Source of the DNA: Pseudomonadota bacterium
GTDB taxonomy: Bacteria > Pseudomonadota > Gammaproteobacteria > Burkholderiales > JACQAP01
Length of the DNA: 64,000 nt
Assembly (NCBI GenBank): GCA_038040175.1
Contig: JBBPIT010000001.1
Span: 12,161-76,160, forward strand
Reading direction: 5' to 3'
The notes below the pieces were generated by a model, which was not told where the DNA came from, searched no databases, and saw only the letters and a list, made by a program, of their open reading frames with translations. The first letter of the stretch is position 1, and the number at the start of each line of letters is the position of its first letter. This document shows positions 18,456 through 27,735 of this stretch, piece by piece. Both the position numbers and the translations under genes were made by a program.

Positions 18456-19652
18456 GTGCGACGATTCACATCAATCGCTTTTCTTGCTGCTGAAGCTTGC
18501 GCGGCGCTGCTGTTCGCGCTTGCGGCCCTTGCCGCTCCGGCACATGCCGCGCCCAAGGACGAGCTCAAGGATCTGCGCGGCCGCATCGGGGCGCTGCAGA
18601 AACAACTCGCGGAGTCCGAAGAGTCGAAGGCCGAAGCAGGCGACGCGCTCAGGGAATCCGAGCGGGCGATCAGCGAAACCAACCGCAAGCTCTATCAACT
18701 CGCGGACCAGCGGCGCCACGTCAACACCGCCCTGACAAAGTTGCGGTCGCGGGCGCGCACGGTCGAAGCCGATATCGCCGCAGAGCAAGCCACGCTGAGC
18801 AAACTGCTTTACCAGCAGTACGTGACCGGCCAGTCGGAGGCGATCAAGCTGGTACTCAATCGCGAGGATCCCAACGAAATCGCGCGCCAACTGCACTACC
18901 TGGGCTACGTTTCCCGCGCCCGCGCCGAACTGCTGGCTAACCTCAGGTACAACCTCGCGAATCTCGAAAAGCTCGCCGACGAAACCCGCGTCAAGAGCGC
19001 AGAATTGCGGGCGCTGCAGAACGAAGAGGCAAGCCAGAAACGCCGGCTGGAGAAGGAGAAGGCCGAGCGCCAGCGCATCTACGCCCAGGTTTCCAGCCAG
19101 ATCGCCCAAAGCCGCAAACAACTGTCAACGCTCAAGCGCGACGAGGAGCGCCTGACGCGCCTGATCGAGCGTCTGGCCAAGGAAGTCGCGCGCAAGAAAC
19201 CGGGCAAGCGCATCACCAATCAGGCGCTGCCGAGCGCGGATTCGGGGTCCGGGCGGTTCCGCAAGCTCAAGGGCCAGTTGAGGCTGCCGGTACTCGGGGA
19301 ACTCATGAACCGTTTCGGCAGCCAAAGGCAGGACAGCGGATTGTCCTGGAAGGGTTTGTTCATCTCTGCCGAACCGGGCCGGGAGGTCAAGGCCATAGCC
19401 GGCGGCCGGGTGGTCTACGCCGACTGGCTGCGGGGTTTCGGCAATCTTATGATCGTGGATCACGGCGACGGCTACATGAGCCTGTACGGCAACAACGAAG
19501 CGTTGCTCAAGCAGGTGGGCGACGAGACCAGGGCCGGCGACACCATTGCGGCCATCGGCAACAGCGGTGGCAACCCGGATTCGGGTTTATACTTCGAACT
19601 CAGATATCAGGGAAAACCCTTCGACCCGCTGCCCTGGGTGACATTGAAGTAA
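18456..19652 (+). CDS. envC: Murein hydrolase activator EnvC-like protein (coiled coil + peptidase M23/LytM domain)
   Basis: Signal peptide, a long coiled coil, and C-terminal GRVVYADWLRGFGNLMIVDHGDGYMSLYGNN...GNSGG. Proposed GTG start at 18456, just after the gpmA stop. Confidence 0.7.
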   Translation: MRRFTSIAFLAAEACAALLFALAALAAPAHAAPKDELKDLRGRIGALQKQLAESEESKAEAGDALRESERAISETNRKLYQLADQRRHVNTALTKLRSRARTVEADIAAEQATLSKLLYQQYVTGQSEAIKLVLNREDPNEIARQLHYLGYVSRARAELLANLRYNLANLEKLADETRVKSAELRALQNEEASQKRRLEKEKAERQRIYAQVSSQIAQSRKQLSTLKRDEERLTRLIERLAKEVARKKPGKRITNQALPSADSGSGRFRKLKGQLRLPVLGELMNRFGSQRQDSGLSWKGLFISAEPGREVKAIAGGRVVYADWLRGFGNLMIVDHGDGYMSLYGNNEALLKQVGDETRAGDTIAAIGNSGGNPDSGLYFELRYQGKPFDPLPWVTLK

Positions 19653-19698
19653 GTACGCGAGTAGGGGCAACTCCCTGCGAACAAAGGAGTAAGCAAAG

Positions 19699-21102
19699 AT
19701 GCATAGCAGATTTCGGCAGGTCGGCCTGATCGTTCTGGGTGCGATCCTCGGTGTGCTGATCAGCCTCAACTTCTCCGCCGTGGCGCAGAAGGGGGCAGGT
19801 CCCCTGCCGATCGAGGAATTGCGCGCGTTTACCGAAGTCTTCGGCCGGATCAAGAACGACTACGTCGAGCCGGTGGACGACAAGCGGCTCATTTCCGAGG
19901 CGATCAACGGCATGCTCTCCGGCCTCGACCCGCATTCGGCCTATCTGGACGCCGAGGCATTCCGCGAGCTGCAGGTGGGCACGCAGGGCGAGTTCGGCGG
20001 TCTCGGCATCGAAGTCGGCATGGAAGACGGCTTCGTGAAAGTGGTCTCCCCGATCGAGGACACCCCCGCTTGGCGCGCGGGACTGAAGTCCGGCGACCTG
20101 ATCATCAAGCTCGACGACACCAACGTGAAAGGCATGACGCTGAACGATGCGGTAAAGCGCATGCGCGGCAAGCCGGACTCCCAGATCACGCTGACCTTCG
20201 TTCGCAAGGGCGACACCAAGCCGCGCGTGGTGACGCTGACCCGCGCGATCATCCAGATCCAGAGCGTCAAGTCGAAACTGCTCGAGCCCGGCTACGCCTA
20301 CTTCCGCGTCACCCAGTTCCAGGAGCACAGCGCCGAGACGCTGGCCAAGGCGATCGACAAGCATTTCAAGGAAAACCAGGGGCCGATGAAGGGCATCATC
20401 CTGGACCTGCGCAACGATCCGGGCGGCTTGCTCAACGGCGCGGTGGCGATTGCCGCGGCGTTTCTGCCCAGCGATGCGCTGGTGGTGTACACCGAAGGTC
20501 GCACCGAAGACGCCAAGATGAAGCTGTACGCGCGGCCCGAGTTTTACCTGCGCGGCAGCAAGGACGACTATCTGAAGAAGCTGCCCAAGGAAGTGAAAAC
20601 GCTGCCGATGGTGGTGCTGGTCAACAGCGGCTCGGCTTCCGCTTCGGAAATCGTTGCGGGGGCGTTGCAGGACCATAAGCGCGCGGTGGTGATGGGCACG
20701 CAGACCTTCGGCAAGGGTTCGGTGCAGACCATTCTGCCGCTCGGCAACGGCACCGCGATCAAGCTCACCACGGCGCGTTACTTCACGCCGAACGGCCGCT
20801 CGATCCAGGCCAAGGGCATCACGCCCGACATCGTGGTGGAAGAGGCGACCGTGACCGAGGGTGAGGCCGCCATCAAGGTGCGTGAATCCGATCTGCAGCG
20901 ACACTTGACCAACCCGGACGGCAGCGCCATCGAGAACAAGCAACCGGCGCCCCAGCCGCAGTCGGCTGCGCCGGTGCCGGCACCCAAGGCCGCTGAGAAG
21001 GCAGCCGACGACGGCCCGCCGGATATCGTGTCGAAGAGCGACTACCAGCTCAATCAGGCGCTCAACCTGCTGAAGGGTCTGCAGATCCTCAGCAAGAAAT
21101 AA
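19699..21102 (+). CDS. ctpA: Carboxy-terminal processing protease (S41A, PDZ-containing)
   Basis: GGLGIEVGMEDGFVKVVSPIEDTPAWRAGLKSGD (PDZ), and GSASASEIVAGALQDHKRAVVMGTQTFGKGSVQ (catalytic Ser/Lys region). Confidence 0.9.
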   Translation: MHSRFRQVGLIVLGAILGVLISLNFSAVAQKGAGPLPIEELRAFTEVFGRIKNDYVEPVDDKRLISEAINGMLSGLDPHSAYLDAEAFRELQVGTQGEFGGLGIEVGMEDGFVKVVSPIEDTPAWRAGLKSGDLIIKLDDTNVKGMTLNDAVKRMRGKPDSQITLTFVRKGDTKPRVVTLTRAIIQIQSVKSKLLEPGYAYFRVTQFQEHSAETLAKAIDKHFKENQGPMKGIILDLRNDPGGLLNGAVAIAAAFLPSDALVVYTEGRTEDAKMKLYARPEFYLRGSKDDYLKKLPKEVKTLPMVVLVNSGSASASEIVAGALQDHKRAVVMGTQTFGKGSVQTILPLGNGTAIKLTTARYFTPNGRSIQAKGITPDIVVEEATVTEGEAAIKVRESDLQRHLTNPDGSAIENKQPAPQPQSAAPVPAPKAAEKAADDGPPDIVSKSDYQLNQALNLLKGLQILSKK

Positions 21103-21128
21103 GTTTCCGTCCGAACAAACGGTCGAAT

Positions 21129-21157
21129 GGCAAGGCCCGCCCAGCGCGGGCCTTGCC
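21129..21157 (+). terminator. GC-rich hairpin downstream of ctpA with no clear U-tract
   Basis: GGCAAGGCCCGC-CCAGC-GCGGGCCTTGCC, a 12-bp perfect stem. Confidence 0.3.
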
Positions 21158-21192
21158 GCGTTAAGATGGCCGGAAACATTCCCTTGCCCGCG

Positions 21193-21993
21193 ATGGACGA
21201 CAACCAGTTACTGCGTTACAGCCGCCACATTCTCCTGCCCGAGATCGGCATCGACGGGCAGGAGAAGCTGCTCGGCGCGCACGCGCTGCTGATCGGCGCC
21301 GGCGGACTGGGCGCGCCGGTGTCGCTTTACCTTGCCGCCAGCGGCGTGGGCCGCATAACCATCTGCGACCATGACGCGGTGGACCTCACCAACCTGCAGC
21401 GGCAGATCGTGCATTTCACCGAATCGATCGGCAGGAAAAAAGTCGATTCCGCGCGCGCCACGCTGGCCCGCATCAATCCCGAAGTCTCGATCGAGGCGAT
21501 CGCCGAACGCGTCGCCGGCAAGCGGCTCGAGCAACTGGTGCAGTCCGCCGACGTGGTGATCGACGCGACCGACAATTTTGCCACCCGCCATGCGGTCAAT
21601 CGCGCCTGCGTGAAGTTCGCAAAGCCGCTGGTGTCCGGCGCCGGCGTGCGTTTCGACGGGCAGATCGCGGTGTTCGATTTGCGCCGCCAGGACAGCCCCT
21701 GTTATCACTGCCTGTTCCCGGAAAACGGCGACGTGGAGGAAATGCGTTGCGCGGTGATGGGCGTATTCGCACCGCTCGTGGGCGTAATCGGTTCCATGCA
21801 GGCGGCGGAAGCGCTGAAACTGCTGATGGGAATCGGCCGCGATCTGACCGGGCGGCTGCTGCTGCTCGATGCGCTGACGATGGAGTGGCGCAGCGTCAGG
21901 CTGAAGAAGGATTCGCAGTGCGCGGTCTGCGGCGGCGGCGACACCGCCCAGCGCCAGGCTCCCGAGGCCTGCGCGACTGGCCGCCAGCCCTAA
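21193..21993 (+). CDS. moeB: Molybdopterin-synthase adenylyltransferase MoeB (ThiF/HesA family)
   Basis: Trimmed to MDDNQLLRYSRHILLPEIGIDGQEKL. Contains GAGGLG, CYHC and CAVC zinc motifs. Confidence 0.8.
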   Translation: MDDNQLLRYSRHILLPEIGIDGQEKLLGAHALLIGAGGLGAPVSLYLAASGVGRITICDHDAVDLTNLQRQIVHFTESIGRKKVDSARATLARINPEVSIEAIAERVAGKRLEQLVQSADVVIDATDNFATRHAVNRACVKFAKPLVSGAGVRFDGQIAVFDLRRQDSPCYHCLFPENGDVEEMRCAVMGVFAPLVGVIGSMQAAEALKLLMGIGRDLTGRLLLLDALTMEWRSVRLKKDSQCAVCGGGDTAQRQAPEACATGRQP

Positions 21994-22020
21994 CCGGTCA
22001 GAATCTTAAAGGTCGAAAAT

Positions 22021-22123
22021 CTCACCACGAAGGCACGAAGAACGCGAAGACTCACGAAAAGAACCTGAACCCGATCTTGTCCTTTTTTGTGCAACTTCGT
22101 GTTCTTCGTGCCTTCGTGGTGAG
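22021..22123. repeat. REP-like long palindrome (29-bp arms, 45-nt loop), probable bidirectional terminator between convergent genes
   Basis: CTCACCACGAAGGCACGAAGAACGCGAAG at 22021-22049 pairs with CTTCGTGTTCTTCGTGCCTTCGTGGTGAG at 22095-22123, with 1 mismatch. Confidence 0.75.
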
Positions 22124-22169
22124 CAGTCCCGTCTTGAGGTGTTTAGTGTGTCCATGACCAACCGGCCTT

Positions 22170-22664
22170 TCAGTCCTTGCGAAACTCGACCCGCGTCCGC
22201 CCGTTGGTGGCGGAGACGTAGATCATCTCCTTGCTGGTGACTTCCTTGAGCTTCCACGCGGCCGCGAAACCGACCGGCATCAGGCTAGTCAGCGTGGAAG
22301 ATTCGATCCTGGTGTGCAGGTAGCCATCGCGCACCGCCCAGTTGCCGCTCGCCGTGAAGTAGTAAATCAGCCTGCCGTTCTTCACTTCGAAATTGGGCCG
22401 GTTCGGCAACAAATAAAAGTCCGGCGGAACTAGCAAACGCACCTGCCCCTGCCAATTGACCCGCCCTCCGGGCAGCAGGGTGAACTGGGTCTCGACGATC
22501 ACGTCGTCCGGCGCCACTTCCCGCGAACCCCACGTGCCCACCACGACTTTCGCGTACTGGTCATCCGACGCACCGCAACCGGACAGCGCGAATCCTGCGC
22601 ACATCAGGACGAAAATGGCCGCGATGGTCCGCGCGGTGCGGTAAAGCCGGGCGCAACCGTCCAT
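22170..22664 (-). CDS. Hypothetical lipoprotein
   Basis: Lipobox FALSGC. Start taken as the ATG at 22664, which overlaps the slmA stop (TGATG). Confidence 0.5.
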   Translation of the reverse strand: MDGCARLYRTARTIAAIFVLMCAGFALSGCGASDDQYAKVVVGTWGSREVAPDDVIVETQFTLLPGGRVNWQGQVRLLVPPDFYLLPNRPNFEVKNGRLIYYFTASGNWAVRDGYLHTRIESSTLTSLMPVGFAAAWKLKEVTSKEMIYVSATNGRTRVEFRKD

Positions 22665-23236
22665 CAAACGATGCGTGGCCACTGCGCCGGCCAGTACTCG
22701 GTCGGATCGCGCCTGAAACCGCTCTTCGCGAACTGGTGCCAGCGGCCCACCACGAAAGCCAGCATCAGATTCGCCTGCGCGGTGGGATCCACACCTTCGG
22801 GGATCTCCTTTTCCGAAAGCGCAAAGCGCAATGCCTGCTTGAGCGTGGCTTCGAGCCGGTCATGCAACTGGTTGATGCGCGCCTGCAGGCGCTCGTCCTC
22901 GTTCACCAGCGCATCGCCGATCAGCACCCGCGTCATTCCGGGGTTCTTCTTGGCGAAGCCGAGCAGCATGGTCAGTACGGCTTCAATCTGCTTCAGGCCG
23001 CTTTTTTCTTCCGCGGCGATCTTGTTGACCAGTCCGAACAGGGTCTGCTCGATGAACTCGATCAGGCCCTCGAACATCTGCGCCTTGCTGGCGAAATGCC
23101 GGTACAGCGCCGCCTCGGAGACGTCCAATCGCTTGGCCAGCGCGGCGGTGGTGATTCTCTCCGCCTTGGGATCCTCGAGCATGGCCGCGAGGGTCTGCAG
23201 GATCTGGAGCTTGCGTTCTCCCGGCTTGGTCGGCAT
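22664..23236 (-). CDS. slmA: TetR-family nucleoid occlusion factor SlmA
   Basis: GERKLQILQTLAAMLEDPKAERITTAALAKRLDVSEAALYRHFASKAQMFEGLIEFIE, a SlmA-like HTH. Conserved neighbourhood with argB. Confidence 0.7.
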   Translation of the reverse strand: MPTKPGERKLQILQTLAAMLEDPKAERITTAALAKRLDVSEAALYRHFASKAQMFEGLIEFIEQTLFGLVNKIAAEEKSGLKQIEAVLTMLLGFAKKNPGMTRVLIGDALVNEDERLQARINQLHDRLEATLKQALRFALSEKEIPEGVDPTAQANLMLAFVVGRWHQFAKSGFRRDPTEYWPAQWPRIV

Positions 23237-23320
23237 GTTGCGGTGGGATGGATTGGGATGAGTAAGGGAAAGGTTACCCGAACGGCCGGGAAATTAACAC
23301 GGACCGGGGATCGCCGTAGC

Positions 23321-23971
23321 TCACAACAGGTGCAGCAGCCGCGGCAGCCGCACGATGTGACGGACATTCGCGTCCACCCAGGCGGGCGCGCGGCTCGACT
23401 GATCCACCCAGACGGTCTTCATTCCCAGGCGTTTGGCGGTGCGCAGGTTCTCCAGGCTGTCGTCGACCATGATGCAGCGCGACGCTAGCAGCCGATGCGT
23501 CCGCAGCAGTCTGCGGAATCCATGCGCATCGGGCTTGGGCCGGAAGCGGGTGCGCTCGATCGAGAACACGTCGTCGAACAGGTCGTCCACGCCCAGCGCC
23601 GCCAGGATCGCCCGCGAGTAATGCGCCGGGGCGTTGGAGAAAACGATCTTGCGTCCGGGCAGGCGCCGCAGTACCGATCGCAGTTCGCGGCGGCCCACCA
23701 CCAGGTTCTCGATTTCAGGGAAGTGGTGGGTTTCGCGCAGGAAATGATGCGGGTCGATGCCGTGATGGCGAATCAGGCCCACCAGTGTGGCGCCATAGCG
23801 GCGCCAGTAAAACTGGCGAAGTTCGTTGGCCGCATCCGCGCCGAGATGCAGGTGCTCGGCAAGATAAGCGGTCATCGACCGGTCGATATGCGGAAAGATG
23901 TGCGGGCGGGCGTCGTGCAATGTGTTATCCAGATCGAAGATCCACGTTCTGCCGCTGAAACGGGATTGCAC
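23321..23971 (-). CDS. HAD-family pyrimidine 5'-nucleotidase
   Basis: WIFDLDNTLHDA (DxDxT motif), and ...CIMVDDSLENLRTAKRLGMKTVWV. Confidence 0.7.
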   Translation of the reverse strand: MQSRFSGRTWIFDLDNTLHDARPHIFPHIDRSMTAYLAEHLHLGADAANELRQFYWRRYGATLVGLIRHHGIDPHHFLRETHHFPEIENLVVGRRELRSVLRRLPGRKIVFSNAPAHYSRAILAALGVDDLFDDVFSIERTRFRPKPDAHGFRRLLRTHRLLASRCIMVDDSLENLRTAKRLGMKTVWVDQSSRAPAWVDANVRHIVRLPRLLHLL

Positions 23972-23976
23972 TGCGA

Positions 23977-24915
<939 letters not shown>

Positions 24916-24917
24916 TC

Positions 24918-24950
24918 AGAGAAAAACAAAGGCGGCTGCAGCCGCCTTTG
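24918..24950 (-). terminator. Rho-independent terminator of the hsp20 relic
   Basis: On the minus strand: CAAAGGCGGC-TGCA-GCCGCCTTTG followed by TTTTTCTCT. Confidence 0.7.
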
Positions 24951-24967
24951 CCCGTTAAACGACGCGA

Positions 24968-25232
24968 TTACTGGATCGGGAGTATCTTCGCAGTCACCGC
25001 CGCCTTCTTCGGCAGCCGCAGCTCCAGCACGCCCTCGCTGTACTTCGCCTGCGCCGGAGGCTTCGTCCACGTCCTGCGCCAGGCTGAAGGCGCGTATATC
25101 GTCTTCCTTCACATCGATGCGGAATTGCGCCTGCGGCTGGTTCTCGAAGTTCATCGGGCGTACGAAAAAGCCCTTGAAGAGATCGTCGAAGGTCTCGTCA
25201 AGCGGGTAGCTGTAGCGGGCCAAACCTGTCAT
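24968..25232 (-). pseudogene. Decayed Hsp20/alpha-crystallin small heat-shock gene (internal deletion plus 1-nt frameshift)
   Basis: The N-terminal frame reads MTGLARYSYPLDETFDDLFKGFFVRPMN...FRIDVKEDDIRAFSLAQDVDEAS. The C-terminal signature AQAKYSEGVLELRLPKKAAVTAKILPIQ* is in the +1 frame. The beta3-beta7 core is missing. The as-called ORF (24747..25232) runs 118 nt into argB. Confidence 0.6.
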
Positions 25233-25286
25233 GTCTGTCTCCTTTTGCGATTAGAGATTGTGTCGGGCGTCCGGCGCCCTTGCCCG

Positions 25287-25316
25287 CTATATGTGCGCGG
25301 GCGGTGCCTTTTCAAG
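25287..25316 (-). promoter_or_regulatory. Sigma-32-like heat-shock promoter upstream of the hsp20 relic
   Basis: Minus strand: CTTGAAA, then 14 nt, then CACATATAG (consensus CTTGAAA-N13-17-CCCCATNT). A good RBS AAAGGAGA follows. Confidence 0.4.
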
Positions 25317-25694
25317 GCCTTCCCCAGGACCGGCGAACACCATGTCCGCGTCCCCGCGATGACTGAATCCCGGCGGCAAGGGGGACGTTTATCTTTCTGT
25401 TTTATAGATGTTTCTATGAACTTCAGAATTTTCTTGAGCGCGTGACCGAGGCAACATGACGTGCTCCGGGTCGCCGGATTTTTGGTTCGGCTGGAACAAG
25501 CCACGGCGTACGCCTCCGTGCGCCGCGGGCGGTTGCTCCGCCCGGGCGGCCCCGACTACATCCAGGCGCCCTGGCGCCACGTACCTGTCAACGCGGTACG
25601 CGCGGTGGCATCGGTCCGCGCCGAGCCCAGCCTGCCAGCCGGCGGGCCGGGCAACCGGGGCAACTCATCCATTACTCCACAGGGGGAACCACTT

Positions 25695-25946
25695 ATGGAA
25701 GGCAAAAAACTCGCTGGTATGGCGCTCGCAGCAACGGCAGCCGCTCTGTTCATGACGGGATGTGCAAACATGGGCGGCGGTGGCGGAACATCCGCGAAAG
25801 TGCATTGCGAAGGCGCGAATGCCTGCAAAGGCATGAGCGACTGCAAGTCCGCAAACAGCTCCTGCCATGGCCAAAATGCCTGCAAGGGGCAGGGCTTCGT
25901 TTCGCTTACGCCGGTGGAATGCCAGAAGGTCTCGGGCAGGGCGTAA
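25695..25946 (+). CDS. bufA: Bufferin-type RiPP precursor (BufA-like, 6-Cys core) with lipoprotein-type signal peptide
   Basis: RBS AGGGGGAA precedes the gene. 83 aa: [23 protein letters not shown]|[60 protein letters not shown]. The motif C-x-G-x-N-x-C-K-G occurs twice. It lies directly upstream of the DUF692 and DUF2063 genes. Confidence 0.7.
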   Translation: MEGKKLAGMALAATAAALFMTGCANMGGGGGTSAKVHCEGANACKGMSDCKSANSSCHGQNACKGQGFVSLTPVECQKVSGRA

Positions 25947-25967
25947 ACTTGGCCGAACCTGGCACTG

Positions 25968-26000
25968 CGGGGCATCCATTGCTGCGGATGCCCCGTTTTT
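25968..26000 (+). terminator. Intrinsic terminator/attenuator between bufA and bufB
   Basis: CGGGGCATCC-ATTGCTGC-GGATGCCCCG, a perfect 10-bp stem, followed by TTTTT. It ends 20 nt before the bufB ATG. Confidence 0.65.
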
Positions 26001-26019
26001 CACTCAACATGCAACGCCC

Positions 26020-26859
26020 ATGACTGCACAATCTGCGCTCGGCTTCGGACTGGGTCTGCGCACCGATCATTACGAGGACATCCTCGCGTCCCGGCCCAAC
26101 GTGGACTGGTTCGAGGCGCTCACGGAAAATTATCTGGTGCCGGGCGGCAAGCCGCTGCATTACCTGGACCGCATCCGCGCTGATTTCCCCATGGTCCTGC
26201 ACGGGGTGTCGCTGTCGATTGGCAGCAGCGATGCGCTGGACCGCGATTACCTCAAGGCGCTCAAACAACTGGCGCAGCGGGTGGAGCCGGCCTGGGTGTC
26301 GGATCATCTGTGCTGGACCGGCGTTGCCGGCAGGAACCTGCACGACCTATTCCCGCTGCCCTATACCGAGGAAGCGGCCGGGCACGTCGCCGCAAGGGTG
26401 CGCGAGGTCCAGGATTTCCTGGGACGGCAGATCCTCCTCGAAAACGTGTCCACCTACGTGACCTTCCGCCAGTCGGAGATGAGCGAGTGGGAGTTTCTTT
26501 CGGAGATCTGCGCGCGCGCCGATTGCCTGATCCTGCTCGACATCAACAACATCTACGTCAGCGCTTACAACCACGGCTTCGATGCGCATGATTTTCTGAA
26601 CGGCGTGCCGGCTGCGCGGGTGCGGCAGTTCCATCTTGCCGGCCACAGCAATTGCGGCACCCATATCATCGATACCCACGACGCTCCGATCATCGACCCG
26701 GTATGGGAGCTTTACCAGGCGGCGCTGCGGCGCTTCGGGCAGGTCGCCACCATGATCGAGCGCGACGACCACATTCCGCCGCTGGCGGAGCTGGTGACGG
26801 AACTAGATCAGGCGCGCCGGATCGCGGCGCAGACACTGGCGGCCAGGGTCGCGGCATGA
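26020..26859 (+). CDS. bufB: MNIO (DUF692) family multinuclear non-heme iron oxidase, BufB-like
   Basis: Trimmed to [22 protein letters not shown]...[42 protein letters not shown], which is canonical DUF692. Confidence 0.85.
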   Translation: MTAQSALGFGLGLRTDHYEDILASRPNVDWFEALTENYLVPGGKPLHYLDRIRADFPMVLHGVSLSIGSSDALDRDYLKALKQLAQRVEPAWVSDHLCWTGVAGRNLHDLFPLPYTEEAAGHVAARVREVQDFLGRQILLENVSTYVTFRQSEMSEWEFLSEICARADCLILLDINNIYVSAYNHGFDAHDFLNGVPAARVRQFHLAGHSNCGTHIIDTHDAPIIDPVWELYQAALRRFGQVATMIERDDHIPPLAELVTELDQARRIAAQTLAARVAA

Positions 26860-27638
26860 GCGCGCTCACCGGCACCCAGGCACGCTTCCAGGCCTACATG
26901 CTCGCGGGCGATGGCGGGATTGTCACCGAGATCGCCGGTGCCGACGACGCAATCCGCCGCACCCGGCTCGACATCTATTACAACGCCTACCGGCTGCGGC
27001 TCACGGAAGCCCTTGCCACCGATTACGAAATCCTCAAGGCCTACAGCGGCGACGAGATCTTCGACGCCATCGTCCGCGATTACATCGACGCGCATCCCTC
27101 GGTATTCCGCAACGTGCGCTGGTTCGGCGGGCATCTTGCCGATTTCCTGCGCGACCAGCCGCGTTATGCCGGGCAGCCGATACTGGCCGACCTGGCGCGG
27201 TTCGAGTGGACGCTGGGGCTGGTTTTCGATGCGGCGGATACGGCCGCGCTGCGGTTCGAGGACGTTGCCGCGGTGCCGCCCGAAGCCTGGGCCGGGCTGC
27301 GCCTCATGCCGCATCCGGCGCTTCACGTCGTCGATCTGCGGACCAATGCCGTCGCGGTCTGGAACGAACTCAAGAATGCGAATCACGGCATCGCGCCGGA
27401 GAGCCTGCCCGAGCCGTTGCGGTGGGCCATCTGGCGCAAGCAGCTCTCGCCTTACTTCCGCTCGCTCGAAGCCGACGAAGCCTGGGCGCTGGATGCCATG
27501 CGGAATCACTATAGTTTCGGCGAAATCTGCGCCGGGCTGTGCCAGTGGCTGCCCGAAGAGCAGGCCGCGCCGCGTGCGGCCGCGCTGTTGCGCGGCTGGG
27601 TGGACGAAGGCTGGATCGCATCTCTCGAAGACGCCTAG
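26856..27638 (+). CDS. bufC: DUF2063-family MNIO partner protein, BufC-like
   Basis: ATGA overlap with the bufB stop. [46 protein letters not shown]...LADLARFEW is typical of DUF2063. Confidence 0.8.
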   Translation: MSALTGTQARFQAYMLAGDGGIVTEIAGADDAIRRTRLDIYYNAYRLRLTEALATDYEILKAYSGDEIFDAIVRDYIDAHPSVFRNVRWFGGHLADFLRDQPRYAGQPILADLARFEWTLGLVFDAADTAALRFEDVAAVPPEAWAGLRLMPHPALHVVDLRTNAVAVWNELKNANHGIAPESLPEPLRWAIWRKQLSPYFRSLEADEAWALDAMRNHYSFGEICAGLCQWLPEEQAAPRAAALLRGWVDEGWIASLEDA

Positions 27639-27735
27639 CGAGCGCGCAGAAACTGCCCCTGCCGGACGGCGTCGTCGGCGACATGCCGCGCTACATCGTT
27701 GCGCACGAAATCGGCCACGCGCTGGGACTGCGCGA

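Noticed and set aside
25330-25690. The long GC-rich 5' region upstream of bufA as a riboswitch or metal-sensing leader.
   Set aside because: I could not recognise any known riboswitch consensus or a convincing conserved structure by eye. It needs covariance or comparative analysis before any claim can be made.
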